IMG/VR virus record: IMGVR_UViG_3300032050_014001
Coordinates: 13,119-77,118 of that record
Source of the DNA: a virus
Lineage: Duplodnaviria > Caudoviricetes
Direction: 5' to 3' (one strand)
Length of the DNA: 64,000 nucleotides
A program made the translations under genes and the position numbers. The notes under the pieces are model-generated. The model was given only the letters and a program-made list of their open reading frames with translations. It ran no database searches and was not told the origin of the DNA. The stretch's first letter is position 1. Every line of letters begins with the position of its first letter. Of this stretch, positions 49,169-58,447 are shown one piece after another.

Positions 49169-49741
49169 ATGGAACATTTTTATCAAAACATACAAGGTTG
49201 GTTTACTTTTCCAAAATTTTATTCTGAAATAGTTAAGCAAGCTAAAGATGGTTTTCACTTTGTTGAAGTTGGTTCATGGAAAGGTAAATCAACAGCATAT
49301 CTTGCTGTTGAAATTATTAATTCAAATAAACAAATAAAATTTGATTGTGTAGATACTTGGGAAGGAGATAATGACATTAATTCTAGCTACAACGAACCTT
49401 TACTCAATATTCCCGATGGTTTATATAACCATTTTTTAGAAAATATAAATCCTGTTAAAGAATTTTTAAATCCTATTCGTCTTTCTTCTTTAGCTGCCTC
49501 TGCTTTGTATAGCGACAAAACATTAAATTGTGTTTTTATTGATGGTGCACACGACTACAAAAATGTATCCGATGATATTAAACACTGGATATCTAAAATC
49601 AAACCAGGTGGTATTATTTCGGGTCATGATTATGCCCATCAGCCAGTCAAGGATGCGTTAAGAGATACAATTGGAGAGGATAAAGTTAAATATTTCGGAG
49701 AAGATGTTTGGTTTTATAAATTGCCGACTTATAACATTTAA
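49169..49741 (+). CDS. Class I SAM-dependent methyltransferase (Methyltransf_24-like)
   Basis: VEVGSWKGKS, VDTW, FIDGAHDY, KPGGIISGHDY. Confidence 0.88.
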   Translation: MEHFYQNIQGWFTFPKFYSEIVKQAKDGFHFVEVGSWKGKSTAYLAVEIINSNKQIKFDCVDTWEGDNDINSSYNEPLLNIPDGLYNHFLENINPVKEFLNPIRLSSLAASALYSDKTLNCVFIDGAHDYKNVSDDIKHWISKIKPGGIISGHDYAHQPVKDALRDTIGEDKVKYFGEDVWFYKLPTYNI

Positions 49742-49911
49742 ATTTCTTTTTTTTGGAAATGCTCCTGTGTAATAAGTTTGTGATACACTTGTTTTGTCAT
49801 ACTTGTTGTCTGATTTAAATCAAATCACATTCTTATACACATATATTCAAGATAGTTATTTGAATGAATTTTAGGCATGGAAATAATTTTATTATTTCAT
49901 ATATATAAGAG

Positions 49912-50943
49912 ATGAAAAAAGTCCTAATAACAGGTATTACTGGACAAGATGGTTCATATCTTGCTGAACAACTTTTGGATAAAGGTTATCAAGTACATGG
50001 AATGGTCCGAAGAAGTTCTTCGTTTAATACCTCCCGTATTGATCATATTTATAAAGACTTACGGTTACATTATGGAGATGTAACAGATACTTCTAACGTA
50101 AACCGTTTGCTTGAACAAATTGGACCAGATGAAATTTATAACTTAGCTGCACAGAGTCACGTAAGAGTATCATTTGACATTCCAGAATATACAGCACAAG
50201 TTGATGCGCTAGGAACTCTTAGATTTTTAGATGCAATTAAAGAAGTTGGTTTAAAAGATAAGACGAGATTTTATCAAGCATCAACTTCTGAATTATACGG
50301 TAAAATTCAAGAGTGTCCTCAAACAGAAAAAACTCCTTTCTATCCTCGTTCTCCATATGGAGTAGCAAAATTATTTGGTTATTGGAGTGTTATTAACTAT
50401 AGGGAATCTTATGGTATTCATGCTTCAAATGGAGTATTGTTTAACCATGAATCACCAAGAAGAGGAGAAACCTTTGTATCAAGAAAGATTACAAGAGCAG
50501 TTGGAAGAATTAAAGAAGGTTTGCAAGATTGTTTGTATCTTGGAAAATTAGATGCTAAACGAGATTGGGGATATGCCCCAGAATACACAGACATGATGTG
50601 GAAAATGCTACAGCAAGATACTCCAGATGATTATGTTTGTGCTACAGGAGAAACAAATACTATTAGAAGATTTTGTAAAGAATCATTTAAAGAAGTTGGA
50701 ATTGATATTGAGTTTCGAGGCGAAGATGTAGAGGAAGAAGGCATTGACATAAAGACCGGAAAAGCTCTTGTAAAAATTGATCCAAGGTATTTTAGACCAG
50801 CAGAAGTAGATTTGTTATTAGGAGATGCCACTAAAGCTAAAGAAAAGCTTGGATGGGAACCTAAAGTTAAATTTGATGATTTAGTGAAGATTATGACTAA
50901 AGCTGATTGGGAATTAGCTAAAAGAGAAAACTACAACCTTTAA
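49912..50943 (+). CDS. gmd: GDP-mannose 4,6-dehydratase
   Basis: [46 protein letters not shown]. Confidence 0.97.
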   Translation: MKKVLITGITGQDGSYLAEQLLDKGYQVHGMVRRSSSFNTSRIDHIYKDLRLHYGDVTDTSNVNRLLEQIGPDEIYNLAAQSHVRVSFDIPEYTAQVDALGTLRFLDAIKEVGLKDKTRFYQASTSELYGKIQECPQTEKTPFYPRSPYGVAKLFGYWSVINYRESYGIHASNGVLFNHESPRRGETFVSRKITRAVGRIKEGLQDCLYLGKLDAKRDWGYAPEYTDMMWKMLQQDTPDDYVCATGETNTIRRFCKESFKEVGIDIEFRGEDVEEEGIDIKTGKALVKIDPRYFRPAEVDLLLGDATKAKEKLGWEPKVKFDDLVKIMTKADWELAKRENYNL

Positions 50944-50953
50944 ATAAATTTTT

Positions 50954-52093
50954 ATGAACTGGCCTTTAAATGTAAATAATTTTAATTTTTTAGATAGATT
51001 AAATATTGCTTTTTTTATTCTAAATAAAAAAAACCGTTGGACACAAGACAAACAAGTTAAAAAATTTGAAGAAAAAATGGCAACTTTCATGGACAGTAAA
51101 TATGCAGTTTTTTGTTCTAGCGGTTCAACTGCAAATACTATGATTGCCATGATGTTAAGAGATCAAGCACCCAGCAAAAATAGCATTATTTTTCCTTCCA
51201 CTACTTGGACGACTTCTGTAGCTCCTTTCGTTAGAGAGGGATTTATTCCTAAATTTATAGACGTAAATTTAGAAGATTTGTGTATTGATTATTCTAAATT
51301 AGAAGAAACCTTAAAACAAAACGATGATATACTATGTATATTTGCAACTAGTTTGTTGGGATTTGTGCCAGACATAGAAAAACTTCAGCAACTTGCTGAC
51401 AAGTATTCGGTTAAGTTAATGCTTGACAATTGTGAAAATACTTTTGGTAAATTTAAAAATAAAAACATATCTAGTTACACTACATCATCTACCAGTACAT
51501 ATTTTGGACATCAATTGCAAAGTATAGAAGGAGGATTTGTTTTTACTTCTTCTGAACAAGAATATGAGTATTTGCAAATGCTACGAAACCATGGAATGAC
51601 TAGATCATTGGAAAATCCATTAAAGTACAATAATCCAAACGTAGACAACAGGTTTGATTTTTATTGTTTGGGTTCTAATTTTAGAAATACTGATTTCAAC
51701 GCATTTGTCGGCTTAATTGATTTATCAAAAGCAAATGCATACATTGAAAAAAGAAAACAAATTTATACGCATTTTTCTTCGAGTTTAAATTCAAATTATT
51801 TGTTACCCAAAGAATATGCAGACAGAGAATCTGTTGCATTTAGTTTGCCAATTATTTTTAATAATGAAAAGAATAAAATTAAAGCTTTAAAATTTTGTTT
51901 AGAACAAGGCATAGAAACAAGACCAATAATATCTGGTAATCTTTTGCGGCAAACATGTTATAAGCAGTTTGCTTCTTATGAAGAATTTCCTAATAGTGAA
52001 TTTTTGCATAAGTGCGGGTTTTATATAGGGTTACACAACAAGCTTAAATTTTCTCAAGTTGATAAAGTAGTAAATTATTTAAATAATTTATAA
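50954..52093 (+). CDS. ColD-like PLP-dependent GDP-4-keto-6-deoxymannose 3-dehydratase (DegT/DnrJ family)
   Basis: SSGSTAN, DNCE, His in place of catalytic Lys (YFGHQLQSIEGG), RNHGMTR, ETRPIISGN. Confidence 0.75.
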   Translation: MNWPLNVNNFNFLDRLNIAFFILNKKNRWTQDKQVKKFEEKMATFMDSKYAVFCSSGSTANTMIAMMLRDQAPSKNSIIFPSTTWTTSVAPFVREGFIPKFIDVNLEDLCIDYSKLEETLKQNDDILCIFATSLLGFVPDIEKLQQLADKYSVKLMLDNCENTFGKFKNKNISSYTTSSTSTYFGHQLQSIEGGFVFTSSEQEYEYLQMLRNHGMTRSLENPLKYNNPNVDNRFDFYCLGSNFRNTDFNAFVGLIDLSKANAYIEKRKQIYTHFSSSLNSNYLLPKEYADRESVAFSLPIIFNNEKNKIKALKFCLEQGIETRPIISGNLLRQTCYKQFASYEEFPNSEFLHKCGFYIGLHNKLKFSQVDKVVNYLNNL

Positions 52094-52095
52094 TA

Positions 52096-53019
52096 ATGAA
52101 AAAATTATTAATAACTGGTCATAATGGTATGGTTGGTTCAGCAATGTTGAGACATTGTAAAGATTACGAACCTATTACTATAGATAAGAAAAAATTAGAT
52201 TTGCGCAATCAACAAAATGTAGACGATTTTATTGCTACTGTTAAACCGGATAAAATAATTATTTGCGCAGCAAAAGTTGGAGGAATTAAAGCTAATAGTA
52301 TATACCCCGCTGACTTTGCTTATGATAATTTAATGATCCAAACAAACATTATTAATAGTGCATATAAGCATGGCGTTAAAAGATTATTGTTTCTTGGCAG
52401 TACTTGTATTTATCCTAAGTTTGCTCCTCAACCTTTGAAAGAAGAATATTTGCTTACGGACAGTCTTGAACCAACTAATGAAGCTTATGCGATTGCAAAA
52501 ATCGCGGGTATTAAATTATGTGAATATTACCGCAAACAATATGGTGTAATTTATCACTCCGTTGCACCTACCAATCTATATGGTTTGAATGATAACTATC
52601 ATCCCGAGAACTCTCATGTTATTCCTGGTTTGATCAGAAAGATCCATGAAGCAAAGGAAAGAGGTCATATAGAATATCAAATTTGGGGAAGTGGTTCTTC
52701 TCTAAGAGAATTTTTGAATGCTGATGATCTTGCTAAAATCTGTTACAAACTTTTAGAGATCGAAAATCCCCCAAATCTCGTTAATGCTGGTTCTAATACA
52801 GAATTGAGTATATATGAACTAACAAAGAAAATTTGCAAGGTAGTTGGATTTGAAGGTAAAATTCTTCCGGGTGATCCCAGCTTAGATGGAACACCAAGAA
52901 AAAAGACCGATTGTACACTTTTAAATAGCATTATGTCTTTTGAAGAAACTCCGTTTGAAGAAGGATTAAAAATTGCATATCAAGATTTTTTGAATAACGG
53001 TGAATTAAAAATTAATTAA
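52096..53019 (+). CDS. fcl: GDP-L-fucose synthase / GDP-colitose synthase (Fcl/ColC)
   Basis: GHNGMVGSA, AAKVGGI, FLGSTCIYP, LEPTNEAYAIAK, PTNLYG, SHVIPGL. Confidence 0.92.
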   Translation: MKKLLITGHNGMVGSAMLRHCKDYEPITIDKKKLDLRNQQNVDDFIATVKPDKIIICAAKVGGIKANSIYPADFAYDNLMIQTNIINSAYKHGVKRLLFLGSTCIYPKFAPQPLKEEYLLTDSLEPTNEAYAIAKIAGIKLCEYYRKQYGVIYHSVAPTNLYGLNDNYHPENSHVIPGLIRKIHEAKERGHIEYQIWGSGSSLREFLNADDLAKICYKLLEIENPPNLVNAGSNTELSIYELTKKICKVVGFEGKILPGDPSLDGTPRKKTDCTLLNSIMSFEETPFEEGLKIAYQDFLNNGELKIN

Positions 53020-53247
53020 CCTAAATTAATTTAATATTGATAGATTATGATAGCTTTATTAAAAAATACAATGCATTGAGCTCATAAAACAAGCATTTTC
53101 ATTTTTGAAATTGAAGACTTAAAGTAACAACAATACACTTAAGAATATAAAGAGTTTTACATGAAAAGTGCAAAATTATCAGATCTAGATAATTTTCTTT
53201 GTAACACTTTATACATCAAAAACAAAATTTAATAATATATATAATAT

Positions 53248-53997
53248 ATGAATATTTTAAAAGATTTGACATTAATTACAGCTTCATTTAATACACCAAT
53301 AATCACAAAAAATATGTTATTATCATTTCAAGATTTGCATTTTGGAACAGATATATTAGTATGTGAAAATTCAAATGATAATGAAACAAAAAATATTTTA
53401 AAAGAAGCAAATATTAATTTTATTATATCTGATGATAAGCGCCATTCACCGTCAATTAATGTTTTATTAAAAGCAATTAAGACACGTTATGCATTATTAG
53501 TAGACACCGATATTATATTTTTACGATCAATATCGGATTTATTTGATACATTTAAGCGAGAAAATTTTATTACTATGGGAGAAGTATCTGTAGATAGCAT
53601 GAGGATGTACGAACCAAGAATACACCCCTGTTTTCAACTAATAGATACCCATTTTTTAAAGCAATATAATATTAAACATTTTGATGAAAAAAGATGTCAA
53701 GATCGTGATCCCTTACCGGGTATTAAAAATTATGATTGCGGTTCTTCGTTTTTAGAAGATCTGAGATCGAAAAAAGCAAAAATAGGTAATATAAACGGAC
53801 ACGGTTATTATTTTTATCATTATGGTGATATGTCTTGGAGTCATCAAATGTTTGATCCAAACATTTTAAATAGAAACGATTTCAATAAAGGTTCTCATGG
53901 ATTTACTCATATATATACAAATGGTCTTAAAAAATTAGAACAATATATGATAGAAAATAAACATTTTAGTGATCGTAAATTAATGAAAAAAATATGA
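53248..53997 (+). CDS. Glycosyltransferase family 2-like, paralogue of 45946-46677
   Basis: SFNTP, VCENS, HSPSI, LLVDTDIIFL, RIHP, YDCG all shared with 45946. Confidence 0.8.
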   Translation: MNILKDLTLITASFNTPIITKNMLLSFQDLHFGTDILVCENSNDNETKNILKEANINFIISDDKRHSPSINVLLKAIKTRYALLVDTDIIFLRSISDLFDTFKRENFITMGEVSVDSMRMYEPRIHPCFQLIDTHFLKQYNIKHFDEKRCQDRDPLPGIKNYDCGSSFLEDLRSKKAKIGNINGHGYYFYHYGDMSWSHQMFDPNILNRNDFNKGSHGFTHIYTNGLKKLEQYMIENKHFSDRKLMKKI

Positions 53998-54587
53998 CTT
54001 ATGATATTATAATTTCAAGATATAATGAAGATATACAATGGACTCATTATATAGATGAAAAATGGAAAATTTATTTATATAATAAAGGAAATGATATAAA
54101 TGATTTGTCTTATATAAAGAAAGAAAATTGTGGCCGCGAATCAGAAACATACATTTCGCACATAATTGAAAATTATGAAAATTTAGCAGATTATAATTGT
54201 TTTTGTCAAGGCCATCCATTCGATCATTCACCCGATTTTCTTTTTGAAATAAAAAATTTTATCGCACACGACCATTTTTATGCATTTGATAATCCAAATG
54301 GTGTATATGCGGGTAAATTTGACGGCATATATCTTGAATGTGATGTTAATGGTGCGCCTCAGCACTGCGGATTGCAAATAATAGATTTTTGTAAAAAAAT
54401 AAATTTAAATATGCAAACCAATAAAAAATTAAAATTTACACCAGGTGCACAATTTATTATAAATAAAAAAAATATTTTAAAACACGACAAGGATTTTTAT
54501 ATAAATTTGAATAATATTTTGATTAGTAGCGAATATTCAAAAGACGGGCCTTATATCTTAGAAAGAATATGGAACTTTATTTTTTAA
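53994..54587 (+). CDS. DUF3431-like glycan-cluster protein
   Basis: SRYNEDIQW, IYLYNKG, NCGRESETY..HI..NY, FCQGHPFDH, GAQF, LERIW. Confidence 0.65.
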   Translation: MTYDIIISRYNEDIQWTHYIDEKWKIYLYNKGNDINDLSYIKKENCGRESETYISHIIENYENLADYNCFCQGHPFDHSPDFLFEIKNFIAHDHFYAFDNPNGVYAGKFDGIYLECDVNGAPQHCGLQIIDFCKKINLNMQTNKKLKFTPGAQFIINKKNILKHDKDFYINLNNILISSEYSKDGPYILERIWNFIF

Positions 54588-54597
54588 AAAAAAAAAA
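54580..54597. repeat. T6-A12 homopolymer at gene junction
   Basis: tttttt (54580-54585) then 12 A (54586-54597), ATG at 54599. Confidence 0.9.
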
Positions 54598-54598
54598 T

Positions 54599-55231
54599 AT
54601 GCATAAATACGACTTATCACATTTGATTCAAAATGAAAATCAGGATGTTTGGGGGCCCATCCAAGACGACGAAGCACTTTTTTTATACGGATTAATACGA
54701 ACAGCGCGCATAAAAACAATACTCGAAATTGGTGGGTTAAATGGCTATAGTTCTATGAACTTTTTAAAAGCATTGGATTTTTCAAAAAAAAATATTTTGT
54801 ATACTTGTGATATAAACCCAGTTCCGAAATTATCCGAAAATCATATTTGTTTAATAAAAAATGCAAAAGACATATCTGCATCAGATATTAGTAATAGAAA
54901 AATCGATATGATTTTTTTTGATTGTCATGATTTAATTCAAATGGATGTTTATTTTAATTTATTGAACAATAATTTAATAGATAAAAATGAAGTTTATATT
55001 TGCTTGCATGATACAAATCTTCATTATGCACCTTACGGTAGGCAAGGTAATTTTTTAGAAAATGAACAAGGATTTGCGCATCAGCCCGTAGAAAGAATGA
55101 TGACAAATTTATTCAAAAATCTGGGATATGATATATTGCATTGTTCTACTAAAAAAGAAGATCATGACGAAACATTGCCGTTTAGACATGGCGTTACTAT
55201 TTGCAGAAATTTTAACTATTTATCTGTATAA
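54599..55231 (+). CDS. Class I SAM-dependent methyltransferase
   Basis: EALFLYGL, ILEIGG..GYS, MIFFDCH, LHDT. Confidence 0.75.
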   Translation: MHKYDLSHLIQNENQDVWGPIQDDEALFLYGLIRTARIKTILEIGGLNGYSSMNFLKALDFSKKNILYTCDINPVPKLSENHICLIKNAKDISASDISNRKIDMIFFDCHDLIQMDVYFNLLNNNLIDKNEVYICLHDTNLHYAPYGRQGNFLENEQGFAHQPVERMMTNLFKNLGYDILHCSTKKEDHDETLPFRHGVTICRNFNYLSV

Positions 55232-55249
55232 TTTTTACTAATAATAAAA

Positions 55250-56239
55250 ATGAAAGTCATTGTAGTTGGTGGTGGATTATCTGGAATAGTTTCCGCAATT
55301 AAACTATGTGAGTTGGGGCATAAAGTAGAAATATTAGATTCCCGAAATCATATTGGTGGTAATTGTTATGACAGTAATTTAAACGGTGTCATTGTACATA
55401 ATTATGGCCCCCATATTTTTCATACAAATGATGAACATGTTTGGGAGTTTATAAATAGATATACTACTTTTAATGAATTTAAATATAAACCTAAAGCATT
55501 ATTGAATAATCATCAAATAATTAGTTTGCCATATTCTTTGTCCACAATAAAAGAATTAGGTCGAAATTTATCATCACAAGAAATTATTGATTTGATCTAT
55601 AAAGATTATTCTGAAAAACAGTGGGGCATGCCTTTTGATAAAATTTCTAACGCTATATTAAATAGAGTGCCTGTTTTAAAAAATGAAGAATCTCCATCAT
55701 GGTTCGGTTCTGAAAAATACCAAGGAATACCATCAAATGGTTATACACACATGATGAACAATATGTTAGATGGTATAAAAATTAATTTAAATGCAGATAA
55801 AAAAGATTTTAAAAAAATTAAAGCTGATCTTATCGTGTATACGGGGAGAATTGATGAATATTTTAATTTTGAATATGGTGAATTGCCATATAGAACCCTA
55901 AAATTTGAGCACGAAATAACATCTAATCGTTTGTTTCATCATGCAATCAATCAATGCAATAAAATTAATTCATATACTAGAATATATGATCATAGTTATT
56001 TTTTGAATCAAAATGAGCCTTTGACTGTTATAACAAAAGAATACCCTTCGCAATTTGATGGTAGTGGTATACCATATTATCCAATACCTTTCGGAACAGG
56101 ATATGAGCTCTATAAAAAATATAAAAAATTAGCTGATAATGAAAAAAATGTTATTTTTATGGGTAGGTTAGCTACTTATAAATATCTGGATATGTGGGTA
56201 GCTATTAAACAAGCTATGAATATTGGAAATTTTTTATAG
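55250..56239 (+). CDS. glf: UDP-galactopyranose mutase
   Basis: GGGLSG, RNHIGGNCYD, YGPHIFHT, KQWG, YQGIP, LPYRTL, PYYP, GRLATYKYLDM. Confidence 0.95.
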   Translation: MKVIVVGGGLSGIVSAIKLCELGHKVEILDSRNHIGGNCYDSNLNGVIVHNYGPHIFHTNDEHVWEFINRYTTFNEFKYKPKALLNNHQIISLPYSLSTIKELGRNLSSQEIIDLIYKDYSEKQWGMPFDKISNAILNRVPVLKNEESPSWFGSEKYQGIPSNGYTHMMNNMLDGIKINLNADKKDFKKIKADLIVYTGRIDEYFNFEYGELPYRTLKFEHEITSNRLFHHAINQCNKINSYTRIYDHSYFLNQNEPLTVITKEYPSQFDGSGIPYYPIPFGTGYELYKKYKKLADNEKNVIFMGRLATYKYLDMWVAIKQAMNIGNFL

Positions 56240-56241
56240 TA

Positions 56242-56269
56242 TTGATTTATAGCTCTTTGTTTTTAAAAT
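56242..56269 (+). promoter_or_regulatory. Sigma70-like promoter
   Basis: TTGATT-N16-TAAAAT-N7-ATG 56277. Confidence 0.55.
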
Positions 56270-56276
56270 AAATCAA

Positions 56277-56864
56277 ATGATTCTAGATCAAACCACAACA
56301 TATAACGGCGACCTTATTCATAAACGTTTTGCTTACGAATTTCTTCGTAAGAACGTATCGCCCATCGGAGACTTGATTTGTTTCCGCGGTGCTATGAATG
56401 TAACAACTAACCTAATTGATCAAGAAGATCTCTTAGCTAAAGATTATATCTATAGCAATGATGCAATTAATTTTTGTTGGGAAATTCCAAATCTTTGTCC
56501 ATTTGGTGCAGTAGCTTTCCAGAGATTATTCAATACTCAAATTGCTAATATCTTGTCTGTTCGATATATTCAAAAGCCAATTGAATTAAGGGGTGATGAT
56601 TTAATTGTCCATGATGTCTTTACCGGATCTGATGGGAAAGAACAGACCAAAGGTAAAGCATCTGTGTCAATTACATATTCTACTAATAATGTAGCTATTG
56701 GACATACGGGTATCAATATTGATGCAGGTAAGAGTGCACCCAACTTTGCTTATTCAACAAAATTAACTGACGAACAAGTTCAATTGTTTATGAAGGATGT
56801 AGAAGCAGTATTTTATCATACAGTACGTGATATTCAGATTGCTACTACTAAAGTTATTCTGTAA
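56277..56864 (+). CDS. DUF366-like protein (biotin/lipoate ligase-like fold)
   Basis: YNG..I...FAY, FRG.M.V, LIDQED, FQRL, RGDDL, KASVSI, HTGINI motifs. Confidence 0.7.
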   Translation: MILDQTTTYNGDLIHKRFAYEFLRKNVSPIGDLICFRGAMNVTTNLIDQEDLLAKDYIYSNDAINFCWEIPNLCPFGAVAFQRLFNTQIANILSVRYIQKPIELRGDDLIVHDVFTGSDGKEQTKGKASVSITYSTNNVAIGHTGINIDAGKSAPNFAYSTKLTDEQVQLFMKDVEAVFYHTVRDIQIATTKVIL

Positions 56865-57244
56865 TGGAAGCTTCTATTTTTGATTATATCAATTCAATCC
56901 TTTTCGATAAGAGATACATAGATGATATAAAGTATGAAGAAGGACAATTCAACGTTTTTATGTGTAATCGGTGGATTTCTATGTATAGCGACGTTTCTGC
57001 TGAAATTATTAACGAAACGACCAACAAATACTGGCCGACGTTAACTTCAAAAGAAGATCAATACAATTTCCTATATAATATCTTTCCTAAGTTTAAACGA
57101 AAACGTATTGAATATATTAAAAAACATAAAGAAGATAAAGCAGAAAAGAAAGAGACAATAGATATTGATAGTCTATTAGCACAAAAGTATCAAATCTCTA
57201 AAAGAGAAGTTCAATTATATAAAAATATCCATGGGTCCAAATAA
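56864..57244 (+). CDS. Clamp loader small subunit (gp62-like)
   Basis: FDYINSI, FMCNRWISMY, QYNFL...PK, Y.IS.RE. Confidence 0.75.
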   Translation: MEASIFDYINSILFDKRYIDDIKYEEGQFNVFMCNRWISMYSDVSAEIINETTNKYWPTLTSKEDQYNFLYNIFPKFKRKRIEYIKKHKEDKAEKKETIDIDSLLAQKYQISKREVQLYKNIHGSK

Positions 57245-57252
57245 ATAGACTC

Positions 57253-58002
57253 ATGAACTTCTCTTCTTTATATGAACATTTAGTAGATTTATTTGGTGAT
57301 GTGTTAAATGAAGGTTTAACACAAGATCCATTTTATGGAACAGGACAATTATATAAAGATATAGTAAAATCATTTGAAGAGTCAGGAGAAGGAATAAACG
57401 GTTTGCAAAGATTGCTTCGTGACTATTTTCAAATGAAAATAGAGAAGAGAGATTCAGAAGATCAATCTGAATTAAATTCATTACGTGATGACACTATTGA
57501 AAAGATTAGATCTGTTTTCATTCCGTGGGACGAAAAACGTTTTGCTAAAGAAAAAGCAGATAAAGTTGATCCTGAATCTGAGTATGCAAACGCTGAATAT
57601 AAAGACCGCATCACCAAAGCTTTACAACTTCAAGTTATTAATAAAAGGGCAGAAAGTGAAAACAAGAAAGGGGCAGAAATTGAAATCAATAAAGGGGCAG
57701 AAATTGAAATTAATACGCCTATGATTAAAGATGCTTTCTTGGAAAAGCTTAGAACAGTGTTTAAAACAGTAAAAGTAGCACCTCTTAATACAAAATCTTT
57801 ACAACATCAATTAACTGGTGAAAAGAGTGAACTTTTTAATAAATTCAAAGCGTATGTAAAGCAAAATGATGAATTGAAAAAATTCAAATTAGAGCTCGAA
57901 CTGAAAAAGATAATGCCCGAATCGTTAAAAGGTAAATTCCAACAATTTATAGATGGAGAAATTACAGAGAGAGATATAGCAGAAGCTATTCGTTTATCTT
58001 AG
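57253..58002 (+). CDS. Hypothetical late protein
   Basis: TAAATA-N5-ATG; leader MNFSSLYE...LNEG. Confidence 0.55.
   Translation: MNFSSLYEHLVDLFGDVLNEGLTQDPFYGTGQLYKDIVKSFEESGEGINGLQRLLRDYFQMKIEKRDSEDQSELNSLRDDTIEKIRSVFIPWDEKRFAKEKADKVDPESEYANAEYKDRITKALQLQVINKRAESENKKGAEIEINKGAEIEINTPMIKDAFLEKLRTVFKTVKVAPLNTKSLQHQLTGEKSELFNKFKAYVKQNDELKKFKLELELKKIMPESLKGKFQQFIDGEITERDIAEAIRLS
57667..57714. repeat. 24-bp tandem duplication (KGAEIEIN x2)
   Basis: aaaggggcagaaattgaaatcaat then aaaggggcagaaattgaaattaat. Confidence 0.9.
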
Positions 58003-58034
58003 TTGACTTATAAAAAAAGGGCATAATTAATAGT

Positions 58035-58445
58035 ATGCCCGCTGAATTACCAACAGAATTAGATAATTTAAAAAATTCCAAAAGCCTCATTGACCTTGAT
58101 GGTCATTCTGGAGGCTTTTTTGGTTTAGATGAATACAAGCTTTCCTTCGTCTTTGCTGATATTGTATTAGTAGAAATGATTGATGAAGTAGAAGATGCGC
58201 AAGGTTCTGCTATCCAAAGAAATGGATTATTCATTCCCACTAATGCAGTAACTAAAGCATGGAGAAAAGCAAAGGTTGTTTTAACAGGACCTAGTGTCAA
58301 ATATTGTAAAGTAAATGATATTGTCGTATTTCCTAATGATAAGGGTGCTTCTGTTTCTAATCTCGAAATTGAAGGATACGGAAAAGTAAAAAAAGGAATG
58401 TTCTTAAATGAGGAGAGACTTTTTGGTATTTGTAAGAAAATGTAA
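58035..58445 (+). CDS. GroES-like co-chaperonin (gp31-like)
   Basis: DIVLVE, NGLFIP, AKVVLTGP.V..CKVNDIVVF, LNEERLFG. Confidence 0.75.
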   Translation: MPAELPTELDNLKNSKSLIDLDGHSGGFFGLDEYKLSFVFADIVLVEMIDEVEDAQGSAIQRNGLFIPTNAVTKAWRKAKVVLTGPSVKYCKVNDIVVFPNDKGASVSNLEIEGYGKVKKGMFLNEERLFGICKKM

Positions 58446-58447
58446 GT

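Noticed and set aside
49742-49911. Intergenic gap as tRNA/ncRNA
   Set aside because: No cloverleaf, T-loop or stable stem visible; AT-rich.
53020-53247. Intergenic gap as ncRNA or pseudogene
   Set aside because: No recognisable structure or homology by eye.
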